The translations under genes and the position numbers were made by a program. Positions 1 to 15,000 of a DNA stretch of 64,000 nt are shown piece after piece. The notes under the pieces were generated by a model. It was given only the letters and a program-made list of their open reading frames with translations. It was not told the DNA's origin and did no database searches. Origin of the DNA: Eledone cirrhosa (lineage: Eukaryota); NCBI GenBank assembly GCA_964016885.1, contig CAXHJY010000184.1, forward strand, positions 372,001 through 436,000. Reading direction: 5' to 3'. The number at the start of each line of letters is the position of its first letter. Position 1 is the stretch's first letter.

Positions 1-3000
1 CTACAGGACTACATTCTTTCCCAGTCACTACAGGACTATAGTCTTTCCCAATCACCACAGGACTATAGTCTTTCCCAGTCACTACAGGACTATAGTCTTT
101 CCCAATCACTACAGGACTATAGTCTTTCCCAGTCACTACAAGACTATAGTCTTTCCCAGTCACTACAAGACTATAGTCTTGCCCAGTCAGTCACTACAGG
201 ACTATAGTCTTTTCCAGTCACTACAGGACTATAGTCTTTCCCAGTCACTACAGGACTATAGTCTTTCCCAGTCACTACAGGACTATAGTCTTTCCCAGTC
301 ACTACAGGACGATAGTCTTTCCCAATCACTACAGGACTACATTCTTTCCCAGTCACTACAGGACTATAGTCTTTCCCAGTGACTACAGGACTATAGTCTT
401 TCCCAGTCACTACAGGACTATAGTCTTTCCCAGTCACTACAGGACTATAGTTTTTCCCAGTCACTACAGGACTATAGTCTTTCCCAATCACTACAGGACT
501 ATAGTCTTTCCCAATCACTACAGGACTATAGTCTTTCCCAATCACTACAGGACTATAGTCTTTCCCAGTCACTACAGGACTATAGTCATTCCCAGTCACT
601 ACAGGACTATAGTCTTTCCCCGTCACTACAGGACTACATTCTTTCCCAGTCACTACAGGACTATAGTCTTTCCCAATCACTACAGGACTATAGTCTTTCC
701 CAGTCACTACAGGACTATAGTCTTTCCCAGTCACTACAGGACTATAGTCTTTCCCAATCACTACAGGACTATAGTCTTTCCCAGTCACTACAGGACTATA
801 GTCTTTCCCAGTCACTACAGGACTATAGTCTTTCCCAGTCACTACAGGACTATAGTCTTTCCGAGTCACTACAGGACTATAGTCTTTCCCAGACACTACA
901 GGACTATAGTCTTTCCCAGTCACTACAGGACTATAGTCTTTCCCAGTCACTACAGGACTATAGTCTTTCCCAGTCACTACAGGACTATAGTCCTTCCCAG
1001 TCGCTACAGGACTATAGTCTTTCCCAATCACTACAGGACTATAGTCGTTCCCAGTCACTACAGGACTATAGTCTTTCCCAATCACTACAGGACTATGGTC
1101 TTTCCCAGTCACTACAGGACTACATTCTTTCCCGGTCACTACAGGACTATAGTCCTTCCCAGTCACTACAGGACTATAGTCTTTCCCAATCACCACAGGA
1201 CTATAATCTTTCCCAGTCACTACAGGACTATAGTCTTTCCCAATCACTACAGGACTATAGTATTTCCCAGTCACTACAGGACTATAGTCTTTCCCAGTCA
1301 CTACAGGACTATAGTCTTTCCCAGTCACTACAGGACTATAGTCTTTCCCAGTCACTACAGGACTATAGTCTTTTCCAATCACTACAGGACTACATTCTTT
1401 CCCAGTCACTACAGGACTATAGTCTTTCCCAGTCACTACAGGACTATAGTCTTTCCCAGTCACTACAGGACTATAGTCTTTCCCAGTCACTACAGGACTA
1501 TAGTCTTTTCCAATCACTACAGGACTACATTCTTTCCCAGTCACTACAGGACTATAGTCTTTCCCAGTCACTACAGGACTATAGTCTTTCCCAGTCACTA
1601 CAGGACTATAGTCTTTCCCAGTCACTACAGGACTATAGTTTTTCCCAGTCACTACAGGACTATAGTCTTTCCCAATCACTACAGGACTATAGTCTTTCCC
1701 AATCACTACAAGACTATAGTCTTTCCCAGTCACTACAGGACTATAGTCTTTCCCAATCACTACAGGACTATAGTCTTTCCCAATCACTACAGGACTATAG
1801 TCTTTCCCAGTCACTACAGGACTATAGTCTTTCCCAGTCACTACAGGACTATAGTCTTTCCCAGTCACTACAGGACTATAGTCTTTCCCAGTCACTACAA
1901 GACTATAGTCTTTCCCAATCACTACAGGACTATAGTCTTTCCCAATCACTACAGGACTATAGTCTTTCCCAGTCACTACAGGACTATAGTCTTTCCCAGT
2001 CACTACAGGACTATAGTCTTTCCCAGTCACTACAGGACTATAGTCTTTCCCAATCACTACAGGACTATAGTCTTTCCCAGTCACTACAGGACTACATTCT
2101 TTCCCAGTCACTACAGGACTATAGTCTTTCCCAGTCACTACAGGACTATAGTCTTTCCCAGTCACTACAGGACTATAGACTTTCCCAATCACTACAAGAC
2201 TATAGTCTTTCCCAGTCACTACAGGACTATAGTCTTTCCCAGTCACTACAGGACTATAGTCTTTCCCAGTCACTACAGGACTATAGTCTTTCCCAGTCAC
2301 TACAGGACTATAGTCTTTCCCAGTCACTACAGGACTATAGTCTTTCCCAGTCACTACAGGACTATAGTCTTTCCCAGTCACTACAGGACTATAGTATTTC
2401 CCAGTCACTACAGGACTATAGTCTTTCCCAGTCACTACAGGACTATAGTCTTTCCCAGTCACTACAGGGCTATAGTCTTTCCCAGTCACTACAGGACTAC
2501 AGTCTTTCCCAGTCACTACAGGACTATAGTCTTTCCCAGTCACTACAGGACTATAGTCTTTCGCAGTCACTACAGGACTATAGTCTTTCCCAATCACTAC
2601 AGGACTATAGTCTTTCCCAATCACTACAGGACTATAGTCTTTCCCAGTCACTGCAGGACTATAGTCTTTCCCAATCACTACAGGACTATAGTCTTTCCCA
2701 ATCACTACAGGACTATAGTCTTTCCCAGTCACTACAAGACTATAGTCTTTCCCAATCACTACAGGACTATAGTCTTTCCCAATCACTACAGGACTATAGT
2801 CTTTCCCAGTCACTACAGGACTATAGTCTTTCCCAGTCACTACAGGACTATAGTATTTCCCAGTCACTACAGGACTATAGTCTTTCCCAGTCACTACAGG
2901 ACTATAGTCTTTCCCAGTCACTACAGGGCTATAGTCTTTCCCAGTCACTACATGACTACAGACTTTCCCAGTCACTACAGGACTATAGTCTTTCCCAGTC

Positions 3001-6000
3001 ACTACAGGACTATAGTCTTTCCCAGTCACTACAGGACTATAGTCTTTCCCAATCACTACAGGACTATAGTCTTTCCCAGTCACTACAGGACTATAGTCTT
3101 TCCCAGTCACTACAAGACTATAGTCTTTCCCAGTCACTACAGGATTATAGTCTTTCCCAATCACTACAGGACTATAGTCTTTCCCAGTCACTACAGGACT
3201 ATAGTCTTTCCCAGTCACTACAGGACTATAGTCTTTCCCAATCACTACAGGACTATAGTCTTTCCCAGTCACTACAGGACTATAGTCTTTCCCAGTCACT
3301 ACAGGACTATAGTCTTTCCCAGTCACTACAGGACTATAGTCTTTCCCAGTCACTACAGGACTATAGTCTTTCCCAGTCACTACAGGACTATAGTCTTTCC
3401 GAATCACTACAGGACTATAGTCTTTCCCAGTCACTACAGGACTATAGTCTTTCCCAGTCACTACAAGACTATAGTCTTTCCCAGTCACTACAGGACTATA
3501 GTCTTTCCCAATCTCTACAGGACTATAGTCTTTCCCAGTCACTACAGGACTATAGTCTTTCCCAGTCACTACAGGACTATAGTCTTTCCCAGTCACTACA
3601 GGACTATAGTCTTTCCCAGTCACTACAGGACTATAGTCTTTCCCAGTCACTACAGGACTATAGTCTTTCCCAGTCACTACAAGACTATAGTCTTTCCCAA
3701 TCACTACAGGACTATAGTCTTTCCCAATCACTACAGGACTATAGTCTTTCCCAATCACTACAGGACTATAGTCTTTCCCAGTCACTACAGGACTATAGTC
3801 TTTCCCAGTCACTACAGGACTATAGTCTTTCCCAGTCACTACAAGACTATAGTCTTTCCCAATCACTACAGGACTATAGTCTTTCCCAGTCACTACAGGA
3901 CTATAGTCTTTCCCAGTCACTACAAGACTATAGTCTTTCCCAATCACTACAGGACTATAGTCTTTCCCAATCACTACAGGACTATAGTCTTTCCCAGTCA
4001 CTACAGGACTATAGTCTTTCCCAGTCACTACAGGACTATAGTATTTCCCAGTCACTACAGGACTATAGTCTTTCCCAGTCACTACAGGACTATAGTCTTT
4101 CCCAGTCACTACAGGGCTATAGTCTTTCCCAGTCACTACATGACTACAGACTTTACCAGTCACTACAGGACTATAGTCTTTCCCAGTCACTACAGGACTA
4201 TAGTCTTTCCCAGTCACTACAGGACTATAGTCTTTCCCAATCACTACAGGACTATAGTCTTTCCCAGTCACTACAGGCTATAGTCTTTCCCAGTCACTAC
4301 AAGACTATAGTCTTTCCCAGTCACTACAGGATTATAGTCTTTCCCAATCACTACAGGACTATAGTCTTTCCCAGTCACTACAGGACTATAGTCTTTCCCA
4401 GTCACTACAGGACTATAGTCTTTCCCAATCACTACAGGACTATAGTCTTTCCCAATCACTACAGGACTATAGTCTTTCCCAGTCACTACAGGACTATAGT
4501 CTTTCCCAATCACTACAGGACTATAGTCTTTCCCAGTCACTACAGGACTATAGTCTTTCCCAATCACTACAGGACTATAGTCTTTCCCAGTCACTACAGG
4601 ACTACATTCTTTCACAGTTACTACAGGACTATAGTCTTTCCCAGTCACTACAGGACTATAGACTTTCCCAATCACTACAAGACTATAGTCTTTCCCAGTC
4701 ACTACAGGACTATAGTATTTCCCAGTCACTACAGGACTATAGTCTTTCCCAGTCACTACAGGACTATAGTCTTTCCCAGTCACTACAGGACTATAGTCTT
4801 TCCCAGTCACTACAGGACTATAGTCTTTCCCAGTCACTACAGGACTATAGTCTTTCCCAGTCACTACAGGACTATAGTCTTTCCCAGTCACTACAAGACT
4901 ATAGTCTTTCCCAATCACTACAGGACTATAGTCTTTCCCAATCACTACAGGACTATAGTCTTTCCCAATCACTACAGGACTATAGTCTTTCCCAGTCACT
5001 ACAGGACTATAGTCTTTCCCAGTCACTACAGGACTATAGTCTTTCCCAGTCACTACAAGACTATAGTCTTTCCCAATCACTACAGGACTATAGTCTTTCC
5101 CAGTCACTACAGGACTATAGTCTTTCCCAATCACTACAGGACTATAGTCTTTCCCAGTCACTACAGGACTATAGACTTTCCCAATCACTACAAGACTATA
5201 GTCTTTCCCAGTCACTACAGGACTATAGTTTTTCCCAGTCACTACAGGACTATAGTCTTTCCCAATCACTACAGGACTATAGTCTTTCCCAATCACTACA
5301 GGACTATAGTCTTTCCAAGTCACTACAGGACTATAGTCTTTCCCAGTCACTACAGGACTATAGTCTTTCCCAGTCACTACAGGACTATAGTCTTTCCCAA
5401 TCACTACAGGACTATAGTCTTTCCCAGTCACTACAGGACTATTGTCTTTCCCAGTCACTACAGGACTATAGTCTTTCCCAGTCACTACAGGACTATAGTC
5501 TTTCCCAGTCACTACAGGACTATAGTCTTTCCCAGTCACTACAGGACTATAGTCTTTCCCAATCACTACAGGACTATAGTCTTTCTCAGTCACTACAGGA
5601 CTATAGTCTTTCCCAGTCACTACAGGACTATAGTCTTTCCCAGTCACTACAGGACTATAGTCCTTCCCAGTCACTACAGGACTATAATCTTTCCCAATCA
5701 CTACAGGACTATAGTCTTTCCCAGTCACTACAGGACTATAGTCTTTCCCAGTCACTACAGGACTATAGTCTTTCCCAGTCACTACAGGACTATAGTCTTT
5801 CCCAATCACTACAAGACTATAGTCTTTCCGAGTCACTACAGGACTATAGTCTTTCCCAATCACTACAAGACGATAGTCTTTCCCAGTCACTACAGGACTA
5901 TAGTCTTTACCAGTCACTACAAGACGATAGTCTTTCCCAATCACTACAGGACTATAGTCTTTCCCAGTCACTACAGGACTATAGTCTCTCCCAGTCACTA

Positions 6001-9000
6001 CAGGACTATAGTCTTTCCCAGTCACTACAGGACTATAGTCTTTCCCAATCACTACAGGACTATAGTCTTTCCCAATCACTACAGGACTATAGTCTTTCCC
6101 AGTCACTACAGGACTATAGTCTTTCCCAATCACTACAGGACTATAGTCTTTCCCAGTCACTACAGGACTATAGTCTTTCCCAATCACTACAGGACTATAG
6201 TCTTTCCCAGTCACTACGGAGACTATAGTCTTTCCCAATCACCACAGGACTATAGTCTTTCCCAATCACTACAAGACTGTAGTCTTTCCCAGTCACTACA
6301 GGACTATAGTCTTTCCCAATCACTACAGGACTATAGTCTTTCCCAGTCACTACAGGACTATAGTCTTTCCCAGTCACTACAGGACTATAGTCTTTCCCAG
6401 TCACTACAGGACTATAGTCTTTCCCAATCACTACAGGACTATAGTCTTTCCCAGTCACTACAGGACTATAGTCTTTCCCAGTCACTACAGGACTATAGTT
6501 TTTCCCAGTCACTACAGGACTATAGTCTTTCCCAATCACTACAGGACTATAGTCTTTCCCAATCACTACAGGACTATAGTCTTTCCCAATCACTACAAGA
6601 CTATAGTCTTTCCCAGTCACTACAGGACTATAGTCTTTCCCAATCACTACAGGACTATAGTCTTTCCCAGTCACTACAGGACTATAGTCTTTCCCAGTCA
6701 CTACAGGACTATAGTCTTTCCCAGTCACTACAGGACTACATTCTTTCCCAGTCACTACAGGACTATAGTCTTTCCCAATCACTACAGGACTATAGTCTTT
6801 CCCAGTCACTACAGGACTATAGTCTTTCCCAGTCACTACAGGACTATAGTCTTTCCCAATCACTACAGGAGTATAGTCTTTCCCAGTCACTACAGGACTA
6901 TTGTCTTTCCCAGTCACTACAGGACTATAGTCTTTCCCAGTCACTACAGGACTATAGTCTTTCCAGAGTCACTACAGGACTATAGTCTTTCCCAGTCACT
7001 ACAGGACTATAGTCTTTCTCAGTCACTACAGGACTATAGTCTTTCCCAGTCACTACAGGACTATAGTCTTTCCCAGTCACTACAGGACTATAGTCCTTCC
7101 CAGTCACTACAGGACTATAGTCTTTCCCAATCACTACAGGACTATAGTCTTTCCCAGTCACTACAAGACTATAGTCTTTCCGAGTCACTACAGGACTATA
7201 GTCTTTCCCAATCACTACAAGACGATAGTCTTTCCCAGTCACTACAGGACTATAGTCTTTACCAGTCACTACAAGACGATAGTCTTTCCCAATCACTACA
7301 GGACTATAGTCTTTCCCAGTCACTACAGGACTATAGTCTCTCCCAGTCACTACAGGACTATAGTCTTTCCCAGTCACTACAGGACTATAGTCTTTCCCAA
7401 TCACTACAGGACTATAGTCTTTCCCAATCACTACAGGACTATAGTCTTTCCCAGTCACTACAGGACTATAGTCTTTCCCAATCACTACAGGACTATAGTC
7501 TTTCCCAGTCACTACAGGACTATAGTCTTTCCCAATCACTACAGGACTATAGTCTTTCCCAGTCACTACAGGACTATAGTCTTTCCCAATCACCACAGGA
7601 CTATAGTCTTTCCCAATCACTACAAGACTGTAGTCTTTCCCAGTCACTACAGGACTATAGTCTTTCCCAATCACTACAGGACTATAGTCTTTCCCAGTCA
7701 CTACAGGACTATAGTCTTTCCCAGTCACTACAGGACTATAGTCTTTCCCAGTCACTACAGGACTATAGTCTTTCCCAATCACTACAGGACTATAGTCTTT
7801 CCCAGTCACTACAGGACTATAGTCTTTCCCAGTCACTACAGGACTATAGTTTTTCCCAGTCACTACAGGACTATAGTCTTTCCCAATCACTACAGGACTA
7901 TAGTCTTTCCCAATCACTACAGGACTATAGTCTTTCCCAATCACTACAAGACTATAGTCTTTCCCAGTCACTACAGGACTATAGTCTTTCCCAATCACTA
8001 CAGGACTATAGTCTTTCCCAGTCACTACAGGACTATAGTCTTTCCCAGTCACTACAGGACTATAGTCTTTCCCAGTCACTACAGGACTACATTCTTTCCC
8101 AGTCACTACAGGACTATAGTCTTTCCCAATCACTACAGGACTATAGTCTTTCCCAGTCACTACAGGACTATAGTCTTTCCCAGTCACTACAGGACTATAG
8201 TCTTTCCCAATCACTACAGGAGTATAGTCTTTCCCAGTCACTACAGGACTATTGTCTTTCCCAGTCACTACAGGACTATAGTCTTTCCCAGTCACTACAG
8301 GACTATAGTCTTTCCAGAGTCACTACAGGACTATAGTCTTTCCCAGTCACTACAGGACTATAGTCTTTCTCAGTCACTACAGGACTATAGTCTTTCCCAG
8401 TCACTACAGGACTATAGTCTTTCCCAGTCACTACAGGACTATAGTCCTTCCCAGTCACTACAGGACTATAGTCTTTCCCAATCACTACAGGACTATAGTC
8501 TTTCCCAGTCACTACAGGACTATAGTCTTTCCCAGTCACTACAGGACTATAGTCTTTCCCAGTCACTACAGGACTATAGTCTTTCCTAATCACTACAAGA
8601 CTATAGTCTTTCCCAGTCACTACAGGACTATAGTCTTTCCCAGTCACTACAAGACTATAGTCTTTCCCAATCACTACAGGACTATAGTCTTTCCCAGTCA
8701 CTACAGGACTATAGTCTCTCCCAGTCACTACAGGACTATAGTCTTTCCCAGTCACTACAGGACTATAGTCTTTCCCAATCACTACAGGACTATAGTCTTT
8801 CCCAATCACTACAGGACTATAGTCTTTCCCAGTCACTACAGGACTATAGTCTTTCCCAATCACTACAGGACTATAGTCTTTCCCAGTCACTACAGGACTA
8901 TAGTCTTTCCCAATCACTACAGGACTATAGTCTTTCCCAGTCACTACAGGACTATAGTCTTTCCCAATCACCACAGGACTATAGTCTTTCCCAATCACTA

Positions 9001-12000
9001 CAAGACTGTAGTCTTTCCCAGTCACTACAGGACTATAGTCTTTCCCAATCACTACAGGACTATAGTCTTTCCCAGTCACTACAGGACTATAGTCTCTCCC
9101 AGTCACTACAGGACTATAGTCTTTCCCAGTCACTACAGGACTATAGTCTTTCCCAGTCACTACAGGACTATAGTCTTTCCCAGTCACTACAGGGCTATAG
9201 TCTTTCCCAGTCACTACAGGACTATAGTCTTTCCCAATCACTACAGGACTATATTCTTTCCCAGTCACTACAGGACTATAGTCTTTCCCAGTCACTACAG
9301 GACTATAGTCTTTCCCAGTCACTACAGGACTATAGTCTTTCCCAGTCACTACAGGACTATAGTCTTTCCCAATCACTACAGGACTATAGTCTTTCCCAGT
9401 CACTACAGGACTACATTCTTTCCCAGTCACTACAGGACTATAGTCTTTCCCAATCACTACAGGACTATAGTCTTTCCCAGTCACTACAGGACTACATTCT
9501 TTCCCAGTCACTACAGGACTATAGACTTTCCCAGTCACTACAGGACTATAGTCTTTCCCAGTCACTACAGGACTATAGTCTTTCCCAGTCACTACAGGAC
9601 TATAGTCTTTCCCAATCACTACAGGACTATAGTCTTTCCCAGTCACTACAGGACTACATTCTTTCCCAGTCACTACAGGACTATAGTCTTTCCCAATCAC
9701 CACAGGACTATAGTCTTTCCCAGTCACTACAGGACTATAGTCTTTCCCAATCACTACAGGACTATAGTCTTTCCCAGTCACTACAAGACTATAGTCTTTC
9801 CTAGTCACTACAAGACTATAGTCTTGCCCAGTCAGTCACTACAGGACTATAGTCTTTTCCAGTCACTACAGGACTATAGTCTTTCCCAGTCACTACAGGA
9901 CTATAGTCTTTCCCAGTCACTACAGGACTATAGTCTTTCCCAGTCACTACAGGACTATAGTCTTTCCCAGTCACTACAGGACTATAGTCTTTCCCAATCA
10001 CTACAGGACTACATTCTTTCCCAGTCACTACAGGACTATAGTCTTTCCCAGTGACTACAGGACTATAGTCTTTCCCAGTCACTACAGGACTATAGTCTTT
10101 CCCAGTCACTACAGGACTATAGTTTTTCCCAGTCACTACAGGACTATAGTCTTTCCCAATCACTACAGGACTATAGTCTTTCCCAATCACTACAGGACTA
10201 TAGTCTTTCCCAATCACTACAGGACTATAGTCTTTCCCAGTCACTACAGGACTATAGTCATTCCCAGTCACTACAGGACTATAGTCTTTCCCAGTCACTA
10301 CAGGACTACATTCTTTCCCAGTCACTACAGGACTATAGTCTTTCCCAATCACTACAGGACTATAGTCTTTCCCAGTCACTACAGGACTATAGTCTTTCCC
10401 AGTCACTACAGGACTATAGTCTTTCCCAATCACTACAGGACTATAGTCTTTCCCAGTCACTACAGGACTATAGTCTTTCCCAGTCACTACAGGACTATAG
10501 TCTTTCCCAGTCACTACAGGACTATAGTCTTTCCGAGTCACTACAGGACTATAGTCTTTCCCAGACACTACAGGACTATAGTCTTTCCCAGTCACTACAG
10601 GACTATAGTCTTTCCCAGTCACTACAGGACTATAGTCTTTCCCAGTCACTACAGGACTATAGTCCTTCCCAGTCGCTACAGGACTATAGTCTTTCCCAAT
10701 CACTACAGGACTATAGTCTTTCCCAGTCACTACAGGACTATAGTCTTTCCCAATCACTACAGGACTATAGTCTTTCCCAGTCACTACAGGACTACATTCT
10801 TTCCCGGTCACTACAGGACTATAGTCCTTCCCAGTCACTACAGGACTATAGTCTTTCCCAATCACCACAGGACTATAGTCTTTCCCAGTCACTACAGGAC
10901 TATAGTCTTTCCCAATCACTACAGGACTATAGTATTTCCCAGTGACTACAGGACTATAGTCTTTCCCAGTCACTACAGGACTATAGTCTTTCCCAGTCAC
11001 TACAGGACTATAGTCTTTCCCAGTCACTACAGGACTATAGTCTTTTCCAATCACTACAGGACTACATTCTTTCCCAGTCACTACAGGACTATAGTCTTTC
11101 CCAGTCACTACAGGACTATAGTCTTTCCCAGTCACTACAGGACTATAGTCTTTCCCAGTCACTACAGGACTATAGTCTTTTCCAATCACTACAGGACTAC
11201 ATTCTTTCCCAGTCACTACAGGACTATAGTCTTTCCCAGTCACTACAGGACTATAGTCTTTCCCAGTCACTACAGGACTATAGTCTTTCCCAGTCACTAC
11301 AGGACTATAGTTTTTCCCAGTCACTACAGGACTATAGTCTTTCCCAATCACTACAGGACTATAGTCTTTCCCAATCACTACAGAACTATAGTCTTTCCCA
11401 ATCACTACAAGACTATAGTCTTTCCCAGTCACTACAGGACTATAGTCTTTCCCAATCACTACAGGACTATAGTCTTTCCCAATCACTACAGGACTATAGT
11501 CTTTCCCAGTCACTACAGGACTATAGTCTTTCCCAGTCACTACAGGACTATAGTCTTTCCCAGTCACTACAGGACTATAGTCTTTCCCAGTCACTACAAG
11601 ACTATAGTCTTTCCCAATCACTACAGGACTATAGTCTTTCCCAATCACTACAGGACTATAGTCTTTCCCAGTCACTACAGGACTATAGTCTTTCCCAGTC
11701 ACTACAGGACTATAGACTTTCCCAGTCACTACAGGACTATAGTCTTTCCCAATCACTACAGGACTATAGTCTTTCCCAGTCACTACAGGACTACATTCTT
11801 TCCCAGTCACTACAGGACTATAGTCTTTCCCAGTCACTACAGGACTATAGTCTTTCCCAGTCACTACAGGACTATAGACTTTCCCAATCACTACAAGACT
11901 ATAGTCTTTCCCAGTCACTACAGGACTATAGTCTTTCCCAGTCACTACAGGACTATAGTCTTTCCCAGTCACTACAGGACTATAGTCTTTCCCAGTCACT

Positions 12001-15000
12001 ACAGGACTATAGTCTTTCCCAGTCACTACAGGACTATAGTCTTTCCCAGTCACTACAGGACTATAGTCTTTCCCAGTCACTACAGGACTATAGTATTTCC
12101 CAGTCACTACAGGACTATAGTCTTTCCCAGTCACTACAGGACTATAGTCTTTCCCAGTCACTACAGGGCTATAGTCTTTCCCAGTCACTACAGGACTACA
12201 GTCTTTCCCAGTCACTACAGGACTATAGTCTTTCCCAGTCACTACAGGACTATAGTCTTTCGCAGTCACTACAGGACTATAGTCTTTCCCAATCACTACA
12301 GGACTATAGTCTTTCCCAATCACTACAGGACTATAGTCTTTCCCAGTCACTGCAGGACTATAGTCTTTCCCAATCACTACAGGACTATAGTCTTTCCCAA
12401 TCACTACAGGACTATAGTCTTTCCCAGTCACTACAAGACTATAGTCTTTCCCAATCACTACAGGACTATAGTCTTTCCCAATCACTACAGGACTATAGTC
12501 TTTCCCAGTCACTACAGGACTATAGTCTTTCCCAGTCACTACAGGACTATAGTATTTCCCAGTCACTACAGGACTATAGTCTTTCCCAGTCACTACAGGA
12601 CTATAGTCTTTCCCAGTCACTACAGGGCTATAGTCTTTCCCAGTCACTACATGACTACAGACTTTCCCAGTCACTACAGGACTATAGTCTTTCCCAGTCA
12701 CTACAGGACTATAGTCTTTCCCAGTCACTACAGGACTATAGTCTTTCCCAATCACTACAGGACTATAGTCTTTCCCAGTCACTACAGGTCTATAGTCTTT
12801 CCCAGTCACTACAAGACTATAGTCTTTCCCAGTCACTACAGGATTATAGTCTTTCCCAATCACTACAGGACTATAGTCTTTCCCAGTCACTACAGGACTA
12901 TAGTCTTTCCCAGTCACTACAGGACTATAGTCTTTCCCAATCACTACAGGACTATAGTCTTTCCCAGTCACTACAGGACTATAGTCTTTCCCAGTCACTA
13001 CAGGACTATAGTCTTTCCCAGTCACTACAGGACTATAGTCTTTCCCAGTCACTACAGGACTATAGTCTTTCCCAGTCACTACAGGACTATAGTCTTTCCG
13101 AATCACTACAGGACTATAGTCTTTCCCAGTCACTACAGGACTATAGTCTTTCCCAGTCACTACAAGACTATAGTCTTTCCCAGTCACTACAGGACTATAG
13201 TCTTTCCCAATCACTACAGGACTATAGTCTTTCCCAGTCACTACAGGACTATAGTCTTTCCCAGTCACTACAGGACTATAGTCTTTCCCAGTCACTACAG
13301 GACTATAGTCTTTCCCAGTCACTACAGGACTATAGTCTTTCCCAGTCACTACAGGACTATAGTCTTTCCCAGTCACTACAAGACTATAGTCTTTCCCAAT
13401 CACTACAGGACTATAGTCTTTCCCAATCACTACAGGACTATAGTCTTTCCCAATCACTACAGCACTATAGTCTTTCCCAGTCACTACAGGACTATAGTCT
13501 TTCCCAGTCACTACAGGACTATAGTCTTTCCCAGTCACTACAAGACTATAGTCTTTCCCAATCACTACAGGACTATAGTCTTTCCCAGTCACTACAGGAC
13601 TATAGTCTTTCCCAGTCACTACAAGACTATAGTCTTTCCCAATCACTACAGGACTATAGTCTTTCCCAATCACTACAGGACTATAGTCTTTCCCAGTCAC
13701 TACAGGACTATAGTCTTTCCCAGTCACTACAGGACTATAGTATTTCCCAGTCACTACAGGACTATAGTCTTTCCCAGTCACTACAGGACTATAGTCTTTC
13801 CCAGTCACTACAGGGCTATAGTCTTTCCCAGTCACTACATGACTACAGACTTTACCAGTCACTACAGGACTATAGTCTTTCCCAGTCACTACAGGACTAT
13901 AGTCTTTCCCAGTCACTACAGGACTATAGTCTTTCCCAATCACTACAGGACTATAGTCTTTCCCAGTCACTACAGGACTATAGTCTTTCCCAGTCACTAC
14001 AGGACTATAGTCTTTCCCAATCACTACAGGAGTATAGTCTTTCCCAGTCACTACAGGACTATTGTCTTTCCCAGTCACTACAGGACTATAGTCTTTCCCA
14101 GTCACTACAGGACTATAGTCTTTCCCAGTCACTACAGGACTATAGTCTTTCCCAGTCACTACAGGACTATAGTCTTTCTCAGTCACTACAGGACTATAGT
14201 CTTTCCCAGTCACTACAGGACTATAGTCTTTCCCAGTCACTACAGGACTATAGTCCTTCCCAGTTACTACAGGACTATAGTCTTTCCCAATCACTACAGG
14301 ACTATAGTCTTTCCCAGTCACTACAGGACTATAGTCTTTCCCAGTCACTACAGGACTATAGTCTTTCCCAGTCACTACAGGACTATAGTCTTTCCTAATC
14401 ACTACAAGACTATAGTCTTTCCCAGTCACTACAGGACTATAGTCTTTCCCAGTCACTACAAGACTATAGTCTTTCCCAATCACTACAGGACTATAGTCTT
14501 TCCCAGTCACTACAGGACTATAGTCTCTCCCAGTCACTACAGGACTATAGTCTTTCCCAGTCACTACAGGACTATAGTCTTTCCCAATCACTACAGGACT
14601 ATAGTCTTTCCCAATCACTACAGGACTATAGTCTTTCCCAGTCACTACAGGACTATAGTCTTTCCCAATCACTACAGGACTATAGTCTTTCCCAGTCACT
14701 ACAGGACTATAGTCTTTCCCAATCACTACAGGACTATAGTCTTTCCCAGTCACTACAGGACTATAGTCTTTCCCAATCACCACAGGACTATAGTCTTTCC
14801 CAATCACTACTAGACTGTAGTCTTTCCCAGTCACTACAGGACTATAGTCTTTCCCAATCACTACAGGACTATAGTCTTTCCCAGTCACTACAGGACTATA
14901 GTCTCTCCCAGTCACTACAGGACTATAGTCTTTCCCAGTCACTACAGGACTATAGTCTTTCCCAGTCACTACAGGACTATAGTCTTTCCCAGTCACTACA